Assembly: GCA_030704615.1 (NCBI GenBank) | Contig: CM060734.1 | Span: 22,568,001 to 22,632,000 of the forward strand | Direction: 5' to 3' | Length of the DNA: 64,000 nt | Source: Takakia lepidozioides | Lineage: Eukaryota > Plantae > Bryophyta | In this document: positions 12,900-24,168 of the stretch, piece by piece | Layout of the letters: every line of letters begins with the position of its first letter | Position numbering within the stretch: position 1 is the first letter of the stretch | Translations under genes and position numbers: made by a program | Notes under the pieces: generated by a model | The model's database searches: none | The model's input: only the letters and a program-made list of their open reading frames with translations | Told to the model about the DNA's origin: nothing

Positions 12900-13202
12900 G
12901 CTGTGTAAGGATGATGATTGTGGAGGCAAGAGGAGAGGAGTGTGCTGCAAATCTTGCCCATTGGAGAGAGCTTCATAAGCGAGGGGGCCATGGGGGGGGG
13001 GGGGGGGGGGGGGGGGGTGGGAAAAGCCCCTACCCTCCCAAGTATGCTGGGTAGCATTGCCAGTGGCTCCAAAAAGACAATCCTTGTGGTGCGGGTTGGA
13101 AAATGTGTGCAAGTCCATAGGACATGTCAGTGGATTGGAGTAATATGAGTGAGTAAGCTGGAATATAAAGATAAGTAAGGCAAGAATATCTTGGGGTATG
13201 GC
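12900..13202 (-). pseudogene. PCIF1/CAPAM-like N6-adenine methyltransferase-fold region within the LINE ORF
   Basis: AIPQDILALLIFIFQLTHSYYSNPLTC...D.LFGATG...W.GRGFSHPP, then LAYEALQWARFAAHSSPLASTIIIL across a frameshift. Confidence 0.6.
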
Positions 13203-13687
13203 ATGGTGTGCGCATGCCATTTCCAGTCGGGTGAGGGATCGTGGCTTCTTGGGGGGGGGGGGGGGGGGGTGTCTTTGAGGTAGCGGTCTACGAGCCAATA
13301 TAATTCGGTCGCGAAGTCTTGTTTTGGGGGTTGTAAAGATTGTGGATATGAGTTTGCAGCAGAATACTTCTCCCACAACCATGTTAATCTATTATTAGGA
13401 ATGAGTCCAATGAAGTGGCCATGTTGAGCGTAAATATTGGAAAGGCGGGGGCCCATGCAAATTAGTGGTTGGCCATGCTTGACATCTTTGTCGGGGTTAC
13501 ACTCAATTATGCAGATGTGCACGTTAGGGGCAAAGATCGGCTGGTGAATGTATCAACTATCTGTAGGTTGGGCGGGGGTGGTGTGTTGTTGATGAATGTG
13601 TGTTAAGTAGTCCGTGTTAGTATGTTTATGGAAGGAGGTGAGAAGGGCAAGATTGTGTTCGGGGTCGCAATCGTCATGTGGGCCAAA

Positions 13688-13828
13688 TAGGTCATCTTCT
13701 ATATGCCATGTGTTGTCTTCTGAGGAATAACCAGCCCATTTACAGTGGTAGTATGTGTCAATACAGGTGGCACCGAAGGCATCGATTGACATTTGGGTTT
13801 TGACTCCTAGTATGGCTTCAATGATGTA
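13688..13828 (-). pseudogene. chromodomain within the LINE ORF
   Basis: YIIEAILGVK...YYHCKWAGYSSEDNTWHIEDDL; aromatic-cage Y/W/Y retained. Confidence 0.75.
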
Positions 13829-14299
13829 TGCATTATTATTGTCATCATTGTGTGGAGAAGGTGGGGGGGACGCTGTGGTGAGTGGTTGGGAGTGGGTGGG
13901 GGAGCCTTGCGTATTAGATGAGGGGTTGAATGGCATATGCAGGTTGTGGTCAGGTTCGGTATGTTGTGTGTTAGGTAGATGAGAGGGGGGGGGGTCGGGT
14001 TCTGTGACAGTGGGGGTATTGGCGGCATATGCCGTTTTAAGTGTTTGGTAGATGGAGGCAGTAGGGGTAGATCGGTACTGGGGGAGCAGGTCTTGAACCA
14101 TATGGGGATAGTAGAGACATAGGAGATTGCATTGGAGGGTGCAGGAGACGAGCCCTGGACGTGCGCGGTCAGGGTGACGACATATTAGCAAGGAGGGGTC
14201 GAGGTGCGTAGCAGAATGGTTGGGCTCAAGGAACCGCCCACCCCACTGTGGTTAGTGCAGGGGTCCGCGGCAATGCTAGTGGCGGGAATCCTCAAACAA

Positions 14300-16511
14300 T
14301 TCTAATCCTACCGGCAAAGAGAATACAATTTCTACTTCACAGGGCGAGGTTGCGTTTCTAGTTCCTACAGTCTTTTTATGTGTTTTTTTAGTTTTTTAAT
14401 TGCCCTCCAAGTCTTTGTTTATTACTAAGTCCTACTAGCCTAAACCCCCGAGCCGCTTATAGCCGGGACTTCCCTTCATCCCTTCACAAAGCACCTACCG
14501 GTTTAGGGGAAAAGGGAGATCCTCTCTTCCTCAAGGCCCCTCCGATTCCTGGGTGGTTGAATTCAAGCACCTCTCAGGACGGGCCAACACTCCTTCCGAA
14601 CTTCCCAAATCTAAGGGCCGAAGGGTTTAAATCGATTCCAAAGCTATAAGCCAATTTCTCCTATTTTCCTTCCCAACAAATAACCTCAAATAAATAAATA
14701 AATAGAAAAATAATAAAAATGACCACCGGGCAGAGAATTTGCTCCAGAACCTAGAAATCTAGGAATTACCTGCAGGGGCCATGGGGAACGCCCTGAGAAC
14801 ATACCTGATCGTTGGGAACCCCGGGAACCTGTTCCTGCGCGGGGGGGAACCACCGCCCCTGCCCGACGGATGAAAACAACAGAGGCGGATGAAATCGCAG
14901 TTCATCCACTAGCCAAAACGTGCATGGTGCGACCTACCCTGCTTGGTGGGCCCAGCCGATTCTTCCTCCATGCGCTTATAGAATATAATTAAATAAGGGA
15001 GCAAGAGCGCTTTCCTACCTTAGAATAAGTCATCCCCTACCTCTCTCCCTTTCACTATTCATTAGTGTAGCCTAAAAACTAGGATAGAGTAGTTTGTACC
15101 TAAAACCTCTTTGCCGCTGTCTCGGTGTGTAGCTCGGGGCTCGGGGCTCCTCACTCTCAAAGGCCCTATCCAAAAGATAGGCCACTCTCTAAGCTATCTC
15201 CTCCCCGGCTCTCAGATTTTTCATACCCTTAAATATGTTGATACAACAAAAAGCATAGCTAAGGGACTTTCCCCAATAAACAATAGAGAAGGGTTCAAAA
15301 AACCCCCTTAAACACCCCCCCCCCCCAGGGGGCGTCCACTGGGTAAAAGCTCCTTGGACGCGTGGCGGAGCCCGCTTAGGCATGGCCGCACGTGCGGGTT
15401 ACCCAGCGGTTCGTCCAGTGTATGTCTGCTATGCCGTCCAGCCAATCGTGGCGGCCCGGCGGTCTTGCGCGCGGGGCTCTCAGCCTGTCCGCACGCTTCT
15501 GCTCTGCCGCGCGTGTGTGTCCTTTCCTCAAGTACGACAGTCAACGCAGGCCCCTCGCCCTCCGCGCCTCGACGCGTGGCTGCGGGGGCCCAACGCACAA
15601 AGTTCCCTCGCCTCTTAAGCTTATGGCAACTCTATCCCTGCTTGAGCGGGCCTCAATGGCGCCGCATAATGGGAATAAACAACAAAAAAAAAAAGAATGA
15701 AACCCCACCCCCTACTCTAAGATCTCCCTGTCTTTTAGGCAGGGTTAGTGAGTTAGTATAGCCACCCTGGCCCTCCTAGATACTAACCACCTTGCTGGTC
15801 CTCTCTTTCCGGAACCTTTTCACTTTAAAAACTCAAAAGCACAGCAATAAGGAAATATATATATATATATATATGATCCTATGGATTTATGGCCTAAGAG
15901 GCCTTCTCACTCTTAGCTTTTAAGGAAATTTTCTTCTCCTTAACACACATGTACCATGTCATATGACTTCAACCCACAATGGAGTCCTTGGTCCTTTAAC
16001 AAATGAACCTTTCTCTCTCAACTAAGTTCTCCTCTTTCCCTAGAGGGTTAGTTTTTCACATATAAGAGAGCCTTTCGTGGGCCTGTCTTGCAAACTCAAA
16101 TGGAATAGCAAAACAAACATCAAAGCAAAGTAAGGTAAGTGGTTTATCAACCTTAGGAGCAATGTGAGCTTGGGATGCTCTAATGGCTCGATGGCGTGGC
16201 TCTTGTGAGGCCCTTTCTCTAAGTGCATGTCAACATTGTCCACCCATAGCTCTCTACTCATCCCAAGTCACTCCAATCTACTCTTTAGTGATCACGAACT
16301 TCCTTCTTTATCAAAGCAAATGGCCTCAAGGCCCACAACGAGCTAGCTTCCTCGCCTTACCTCTCAAAATCAACACTCCTTCCTAACTAGGGAGCTTCAA
16401 GCTCCACTCCCTAGGACCTAGGCTCCCTCTAGCAAACTAAACTACAACAAAGCAAGAGCAAAGCAAAGAAATGAACTAGGTGAAGAAACAAGGAAGCCTT
16501 GCCCTTCTTCA
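14300..16511. repeat. non-coding LTR-like repeat with CpG-rich core, unclassified
   Basis: No credible ORF; CpG-rich 15350-15620; ends in ...TTCA followed by GTACTG; no second copy in the window. Confidence 0.3.
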
Positions 16512-17399
16512 GTACTGTTTTTGGGGCTCTTAAAATATTGTAGGATAGTCTTAAGCTAATATAAACTATAGGGAGATATAATTAAGAAAAAACTATTAAA
16601 GTTCAATAAACAAATATTTGGATGGAACTCATCTGGGAAACCGGTCAAAGGGATTTTCCTCATCCTGTTTGACCGCTAGGTGGCGGTTATCATCCGCTCA
16701 ACCTTTTAAGGCGAATTTGAGCCTTTTCCTCCAATAATCATTTAAACCGGTCGCCGCAAGTGTCGTAGCCTCGTAATTTGGTGCCGTTGATAACCTTAAC
16801 CATAAATCACAAAACTTGGTGATAAAATATGATTAGGTGCTCTGTAATTGCTTGTAAACCCTCAGGTCAATCGTAGTTAAAAACCAATTCCAAACGCCGT
16901 TCTCTGTGGATCCGCCGCGTAGGAAGTCTGCTACTTCCCTGGAAATTCTCCTAATGGTGATGCCCTGGAGTCTTGAATCCTGCCACTTGATCTTGTACCC
17001 TTGGAAGTCACCTCCAACTACCCATTTGCACCGTTTGGCTGGCCATGCTCCGCTCCGACGTCGTCCGTTCCGCCGTTGTTCCGATGCATCGTCCTTCTGT
17101 TGTTGCGATATTTCATCGCTATACACTGTCCTAATTCTAATTTGCCAAGTGTTGTCACCATGTGGACCTACTGGATAAATGAGAGGGGAGAATTGGGAAA
17201 AAGAAAAAGACAAAAAAAAAAATCAAAGCCACCCGACTCGCTCTCTTCGGAGAGAGTTTGAGTTCCTAGATAAAAAAAAAATTCAAAACCGCCATTCTTC
17301 CCCACCGGACTGGGTTCGAATCCCCTAGATGATGACGAAAGATATGCGGTGCGCAAGTTGATGATCCTATTCTAAAATAGCCTTGGAAGGACTTTTGGC

Positions 17400-19110
17400 T
17401 CCTAACTAAATGAAAATGATTGGATACTCGAGGACCCTACTCCCATGGGTGCCCCAGATTTCCTTTGGGTGCCCCAAACTAAAATCTAAATCAAAGGGAT
17501 GCTCCTGCCAAAATGCTCCCGGGACGCGCCTCAATGGGTCGCTCCCATCACAACGGAAATTGATTGGATACTCGAGGACCCTACTCATAATGGACGCTCC
17601 AACTATCATGGACCTAATACGCACCATTTGTATGATGAATTAATGACCTAGAACATGGCTCGCAGGGACCTCTCATAGCTCATGGTATAATACTTGACTT
17701 GAATGAGTGGACACTCGAGGATTCTTCCCTGGAGTACGCACCATCTCTAAATTCCTACACGTAGGTCAGAGGCCCTTCTGGGTTTTCCTGTGCCTGACTT
17801 TCCTCAACTCTTTGTGAGGGGAGCAGCAACCACTACTCTACAGCTCACCTTTAACCCCCTCACTGCTTTTCTGACTTTTCTCTCTCTAGGAAGAATGCTG
17901 CAGCGGGGTAAGGTGGAATGACAATAAAAGTTTTAAGGTTTAGAATCCCCGTATGGGAAGTCGCAGTGCTCCATACAGGGAGCATTGGTACTGCAGAATG
18001 CTTGATACAACAAGCATTTATTTTTTCCTTGACATATGCACTAGCAGACAAAGATATATTCTGTGATGTAGAAAGATAAGTAATGATCGACAGTATGCAT
18101 TGAACAAGAGTGCATGTATTAGCCAACCCATTGTTCACATTCCTGCACCTGTGATTCTTCACTTTGATGAAGAAGAAAAGAAACTCACAACGAGTGATTA
18201 GCAACGAAGATGTTGAAGTCTTCTACCTTGGCAAATGGATGGTCATAGTTTTCCTAGCTTACGCCATATCAAACAAATCCTATCTCCTATAAATTGGGTT
18301 AGATTACTGCACTATATGTGCCCCGCATCCCAAGGTCTGTCCCTGTAGATTCCAATAACTACCCGCAAATCAAACTGGGGAACAAAACACCTCTTTAATG
18401 CAACGACGTTGCCCCGCATTCCAAGATCTACTTCGGAACTCCAATAAAGGGTGTACAACAACTAATGGGTAAGAGCCCTACCGACTGCTTCCCGACGGAG
18501 TAGTTTCATTGGATTATTGCAACTTAGTTGCCCCGCACTCCACCTTAGTATGGAGCTCCAATAACCAATGAGTCAATGGATAGGAAATACCAACATCTCC
18601 TTCCGGAAAACGGGAAAAAAAAATCCTAAAGACTTTTCCTGTCAGGGCAAAGGCCACTAAGATCTCCCTTAGCTCCCTTCCCTGGATGGGGGAAATTAGT
18701 TTCATTGGTTAGTGGAACTCACATGTAGTAGTGCTTGCACCGGACATCGTTTACCAATTTGGGGAACTCCACCCCCCTCAGTGTCTCCAATTGTAATGAG
18801 CCGTTGTCGAAAACCGTCTTGACCACATACGGACCCATCCAGTATGAATCGAACTTGGCCTTGAACTCCTCGCTTCGACTGTCGAACAACAATACCAAGT
18901 CCACAGGATCAAAGATCCTCTATTTCCACTTGAGGTTGAACCGAGCCTTCCTCCGTCACTGTACTGCTTCAATGTGCTGAGCAGCTGCTTGTCGATACTC
19001 ATCCAAACCTTCCAACATTTTGAGCATCTCCTTTAAGGACTCCAATGTCGCCAATCTCTCTGTAATGGCCAACCGTAGAGATGGAATCTCAGTTTCGATT
19101 GGCATAATGC
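17400..19110 (-). mobile_element. gypsy 3' fragment (integrase C-terminus and 3' region), same family as copies A and C
   Basis: DLVLLFDSR..FKAKFDSYWMGPYVV..VFDNGSLQL (GPY/F motif) matches 29940-30090; short repeats follow downstream. Confidence 0.8.
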
Positions 19111-21586
19111 GTACAATATATACCCCCTTTTTCCCCTATAAACACCATGAGCTGAATCCATACTTTCAATTTGTCACATCTGCTATTCTATACCCTTCCC
19201 ATTGTAAATTGCCCCTGGTCCTTCTCAATCCTCAGCTACCTCCTTCGTGCTGCTTAGATCCCCTTCTCAACAAGCTCCATAGAGTATACACCTGTAACCA
19301 ATGCCATGCCACTGTAAGAGACTGCTTATGTTACATATGCCCCATGTTCTATGTCAGTGATCGAATTATAATTCAGACTGCACCCTCTACCAGCGTATCA
19401 CACTCATACACTGCACACCATACTAACCTGTCATTCCTTTTTACAGGCCCCCTCCCAAGCATGGATTTCCAAGAACTTCACCCCAACTTCCAACAAGATT
19501 TCATGTTATGGAGCTTTTTCACACCATTTATTTCCAATACGCGCTATTCTAACCACTCATTGACACTCACATACTCTCAAACCATGACTCTTTACCATGC
19601 TCATTATCAAAAACACCCCCCCACTCACCATGTTACAGACATCTATCATCCATTTTCATACAACTTCATCCATATGTACTCAACCACTTGCAATTCATGT
19701 TCCAAGTTAATATCCTTAGCTACACACCCAACTTATCATATCCGACAACTCCAGTACAAAACACCGCCCCTACCTCTCAGCAGCCTCTCCCCTCCAAATA
19801 GACACTCAGCTTGCCCTCTACCTCATACAAAAATTACCACTCCCTGGCCCGCCTCTCAAAATCTGACCGTTTGTACCCTCACTGTTCCAACATCCCCTCA
19901 TCACACACCTCCACCCAAAACACACCATACAATGCACTCCTATATGAAATCAGCATCCGATGTGCCTATGCACCCCCTCCCAAATCCTACATATCCCTAT
20001 CTAGCACCTGTCCACAAACCGCAATTCTCACATCCATATCTGTCTCTATTTAAAACATCTCACACATCATATTCATATGCATCTCAAACCCCCTGGGATT
20101 TATGTTACTCACATTCTACATCATGGTTCAACAATATACTCACTCACTGCACTGCTCAGAAAACTCCGCACTCAAACATTATTAAGACACAGATAGACTA
20201 TACCTCAGATAAATACAATACCCCCTGGCACCCAAAGGCCGGAAAATCTTTACTCAACATCATGCTGTCAGCCACAATTACCAGCCCATCTCATTACCCA
20301 CTACGCACCCTAATGCACAGTCAATTGCTATCTCCAAAACTGGCCCACACTGAGCTAAAGGCACACCTCACCCCCCTTAACTCCCTAATAATTTCCACTT
20401 ATTGGCACTCTTGCCACAGCCAGTGTAACAACCATACACACTACACTACCCTAATCACTGGCCACCTTGACTGGCCTCACACCATTACATCAGCCCCCCC
20501 ACATTCATACCCACACACCCCCAAAGTACACCATGTTAATACCCACTTAATACTAAGCCTCCGTAACCCCTCTGGCTGCTGCCCCCAAAATAGCCATGTC
20601 CACGCCTAGCTCACTCCAAGCTCGGCTCCCATCACTTTCTTGTCCCCCCAAACAAGAGACAAGTTACGCAAGGCTGCAGCAATCTCTGCCAATGTATTAA
20701 TATCGCCCACCCAATTCAAACCTCATAAGGCGCCCACACACAATGCGCTTACATGGCAGCCACCCAAACATAATGGGAAAACGGCTCCAATCAACAGCCT
20801 ACGCAGCCTCACTTACCAAGCACACAGCAGCCACCCCAGAAAGCCCAAAACCAAGCACACAGATAGCTCATCAGTAACACTCACTGCCCCCACAAACTTC
20901 CCTCTTGCCTTGCGCTCTCCACGGTGTGCTCACCTGTGTCCCTGTCTTCTAGTTCCTGCTATATGCCACCATCACCCCCAAGTCACTTTAGTCCCTCACA
21001 CAACAATTTGTCTTCGTCAACGCAAGCCTATAAGCCCCCACCCACGCATGTCTAGCTCAAAGTTAGGAAGCACTCAGAAATATGCGGGTAGTATACAGAA
21101 GCAGCATCGCTCCAAATCCAACATAATAACCCATAGCAAGAGGTCCAGCGCGATAGTCCCCTCCGTCCCCCGCTCTATCTCCAGGAAGCTGATCATGGGC
21201 AAAGACGACAGCAAGGAACATCTCCTAGAGGAAGGGTGGCCGTCAGTGACATGCACCCCTCCAAAGAACAATTCTTTGCAGCGGAATCAGGGCCACACGA
21301 CCCCTCAACGCACAGCCCACCCAAGGATGACCAACGACAAATTGCTGCCCCTCCTGCAGCTGCCCCACCGTCAGCAATGCAAATGTACACACGAATGCGA
21401 TCACCCCACCCGGCGACACTCAATGCACCCGCAGAGACGCTCGCAGTCAACCTTCGCACCAAACAAACCTCCAGTGAATTCAACAGTGACATGGGCAGCA
21501 ACCACTCTGACTCCAAAAAGTCACCAGGACTTGTGGAGATTGGCCATCTGCAAATTATGGACACATCCACTCTCCAAACACACCCC
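19110..21586 (+). other. C/A-skewed long open frames (529 and 323 aa), probable LINE-derived fragment
   Basis: Same strand skew and H/P/T-rich composition as the LINE coding strands at 11-14 kb and 31 kb; no recognisable domain. Confidence 0.35.
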
Positions 21587-22331
21587 TGTTAGAGGACTGT
21601 CTGGGACTTAGACAGTTTTACGGGTTCTATGGGGTACCCTTAATTTTGCGCAGGCTTAAGGGTGGTGGACTTAGACCAACACAGGCCTTAGGGGTGACAG
21701 ACACAGGCCTAAGGGGTGGTAACAGGCTCACACAATCAGCAGTCACAGGCTTACACTGCCTATCACAGCCTGTCACAGTTAGCCACAGCCAGTCACAGCC
21801 CGTCACAACATCACACAGGTCACAGCTTGACACAGGGAGCGGTTATCACTGGCAGGGAACGAGTGTGTGGGAACATCAACAACAAAGGGAACGACAGTAC
21901 TGACCACTGTCTTGGCTGGCAGTTAGTTAGTTAGGCGGTTAGAGCAGCTTGCAGATACATTATGCAGAGTAGCTACATGGAGGGGATCACTTCTTGGATC
22001 ACTTCTTAGATCACTTCTTAGAGCACTTCGGGCATCAGGGAAAGAAGCACGATCTTGAGCACAGGGATGGAGAGCACAGTGGAGGAGGAGACACGATCTG
22101 ATGTTGCTTGATACATGCAAGCTGTAGAGATGTACTGTAGGGCAGAAAAGAGATACCATGGCTTTGGCCTGATACATGATAGATATTAATATGATTCCTA
22201 TTTCATATTCACATTGTGTAGAGAAATCTAAGTGAATCTGTGGAATGAATGCTTAAGTAAGTGGAACATGGTAGATTGCAGAAGCAATCTAATACTTAAA
22301 CCTAGGCAGTAAGGTAACTTACTAAACATGA

Positions 22332-23105
22332 ATGCAAGAAAGAATAGATATAGGAAAGCACCCCCATGATACACTAGCTGTAGGTCTGACTGATTGTTCT
22401 GAGCGGGATGAGTACTTAGAGATATCCAACTCTTCTATCTTGGAGTTTCCACCTCGGATAGCGAAGGGATGGGTAGGTAAAAGCCGCTCAACATTTGGCG
22501 ACCATACTGGGGAACTGAGTCAAGAACGACCAGATGTGACAGGCATCTGGTGGGATCATGGTGGATGGAGAATCAAAGAATTTGATATGAATCAAATTCC
22601 TTGTGAGACTGAGAAAGAAAGATTGTCCAAGCAATTCTTTCAAAGGTTCTTGGAATTGCCAGACGGTTGCAAGGAAAATATTCTCAAGAGAGTGCACGAT
22701 GTTGATCCAGAGTGGGGTCTGGAAAGAGGAGTGATAAAGATTTATCAAGTGGCCTGTAAAGGGAGAGATAGTTGGTTACCAACACTGGTTTATGTGATAG
22801 CGTTGCTATCCATTAAACGAGTGGAGTTTGAAAGCTGGGAGGAACAGAAGGTGAATGTTTACACTCACATGCATGAAGAATTTGCACTGGTAAAGAACTG
22901 GGTACCCATGGATATACTGTGGATCAAGCTTATACCAAGAACGACCTTTCAGACTTGTCTTCCATATGGATATATGGTAACGGAGCCTTCTAGTCTAGCT
23001 AAGGGTACATTAAAGCTTGAAAGAAATCCAGGCATATATGAGAGATACTACAGGAGAGAGCTTTGGTTATTACCTCATCAAAGACGTGAAAGACATGGGT
23101 CATGA
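22332..23105 (+). CDS. uncharacterised 257-aa ORF upstream of gag in copy B
   Basis: ATG-to-stop ORF with globular composition, lying between the putative LTR and gag-like acidic/Gly-rich sequence. Confidence 0.45.
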   Translation: MQERIDIGKHPHDTLAVGLTDCSERDEYLEISNSSILEFPPRIAKGWVGKSRSTFGDHTGELSQERPDVTGIWWDHGGWRIKEFDMNQIPCETEKERLSKQFFQRFLELPDGCKENILKRVHDVDPEWGLERGVIKIYQVACKGRDSWLPTLVYVIALLSIKRVEFESWEEQKVNVYTHMHEEFALVKNWVPMDILWIKLIPRTTFQTCLPYGYMVTEPSSLAKGTLKLERNPGIYERYYRRELWLLPHQRRERHGS

Positions 23106-23929
23106 GTGATGAAAGGGAGGCTAGACTTCACAGATATTCAGCAAAAAGAGAGCTATTTGAAAGCTAATTATCCATATCTCTGGGAGAGAGATGAATAGAC
23201 ATAGGGGAATCATCTGGACCTCTCACACCATTAAGGCCAGAGAGTACATCACCCATACCGGAAGAACCTAATTTGGATGCCACTCCTTCTTATTCTTTGC
23301 AAGAAATATTAAGGGATTTGGTAAAGGAAGAAGATCAGCCACGAGGGGAAAGATCAGAGGTACATCCCTAGGTTAAAGATTTGACAGAAATCTTTGATCA
23401 GAGTTGGCATGGAACACCAAGAGCAGTAACTCCAGTTTCTGAAACACAAGCCAAAGAAGGGGAGGAAGATGAGGCAGATCCAGACTCTCCAACACCACTT
23501 CAATTGAGCTATATGGGCGAGGAAGAAGAAATCCAAGATAAGAACTTGGAAGATGAAAACAAAGAGAAAAACTTGGAAGACAAAGAGTATGAAGACATAG
23601 ACCCAACAGTTGAGGTTGAGACTACAACCAGGACATCCCAACCTGTTGGACTTGGATCAAGTGGAGCACTTGGATCACAGGCCAACACAGGCGTCGGCTC
23701 AGGGGGATCAGGCGGGCAGCTTGGATCTGGCTCTGGGGGGGACAGGGAGTGTGGGAAGTAGTGCAACTAGAGCGGGGGGTACTGCAAATACAGAGGGGGG
23801 CCGGTAGCAGGAAGTGCTCAGGGGCCAACACCTGGTGGGAGTTCAACCACAACCGCAGCAGGTCCTCAAGGAAGGGAGGGCACACTCCAATCCCAAGAGA
23901 GCCCATTTTAATTTGGATCAAGTGCGTTG

Positions 23930-24048
23930 TTCGGGCTTGGACCATGTCTCCCGAAATTGATAAATCAGTACATATGGCGTAAGACGATTTCACTTTTCGA
24001 GGTCGGAATGGGATCGGGTGTTTTCACGTCTTACCATAGTGCCCGGAG
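23930..24048 (-). rRNA. rrn5: plant mitochondrial 5S rRNA sequence (NUMT copy)
   Basis: Reverse complement reads CCGGGCACTATGGTAAGACGTGAAAACACCCGATCCCATTCCGACCTCG...CGCCATATGTACTGA...TCGGGAGACATGGTCCAAGCCCG, the land-plant mitochondrial 5S pattern. Confidence 0.88.
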
Positions 24049-24066
24049 GCGCGTAGCGATTGATGA

Positions 24067-24168
24067 ATAGAGTCAAGAGTCCACCTGCCCAGTCGTAGTT
24101 TTCCTTCGTTCACCGGGGCAGGCTACACAAGTGCTCTCCGAACCGCGCTGGATAGCCGCCCATCACAT
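24067..24168 (-). ncRNA. mitochondrial group II intron domain V (partial) and domain VI 3' end (NUMT)
   Basis: GTGATGGGCGGCTATCCAGCGCGGTTCGGAGAG...TTGACTCTAT, matching the DV 3' half and the AY terminus. Confidence 0.75.

Larger units (their letters stand above)
10733..14290 (-). mobile_element. 3' part of an RLE-type non-LTR retrotransposon (Dualen/RandI-like); no RT in this fragment
   Basis: Minus-strand order: chromodomain, MTase-like region, RNase H, CCHC, PD-(D/E)xK endonuclease, structured 3' UTR, (CT)n tail. Confidence 0.8.

Noticed and set aside
14211-14295. Possible HDV-like ribozyme at the LINE fragment 5' end
   Set aside because: GC-rich stems are present, but I could not build the nested double pseudoknot.
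15111-15761. Overlapping ORFs in CpG-rich DNA (also 62900-63430) and short ORFs antisense to pol
   Set aside because: Explained by stop-codon scarcity or shadow frames; no domain motifs.
17300-17330. tRNA gene (GGGTTCGAATCCC)
   Set aside because: Only a T-arm/B box; no D arm or acceptor stem.
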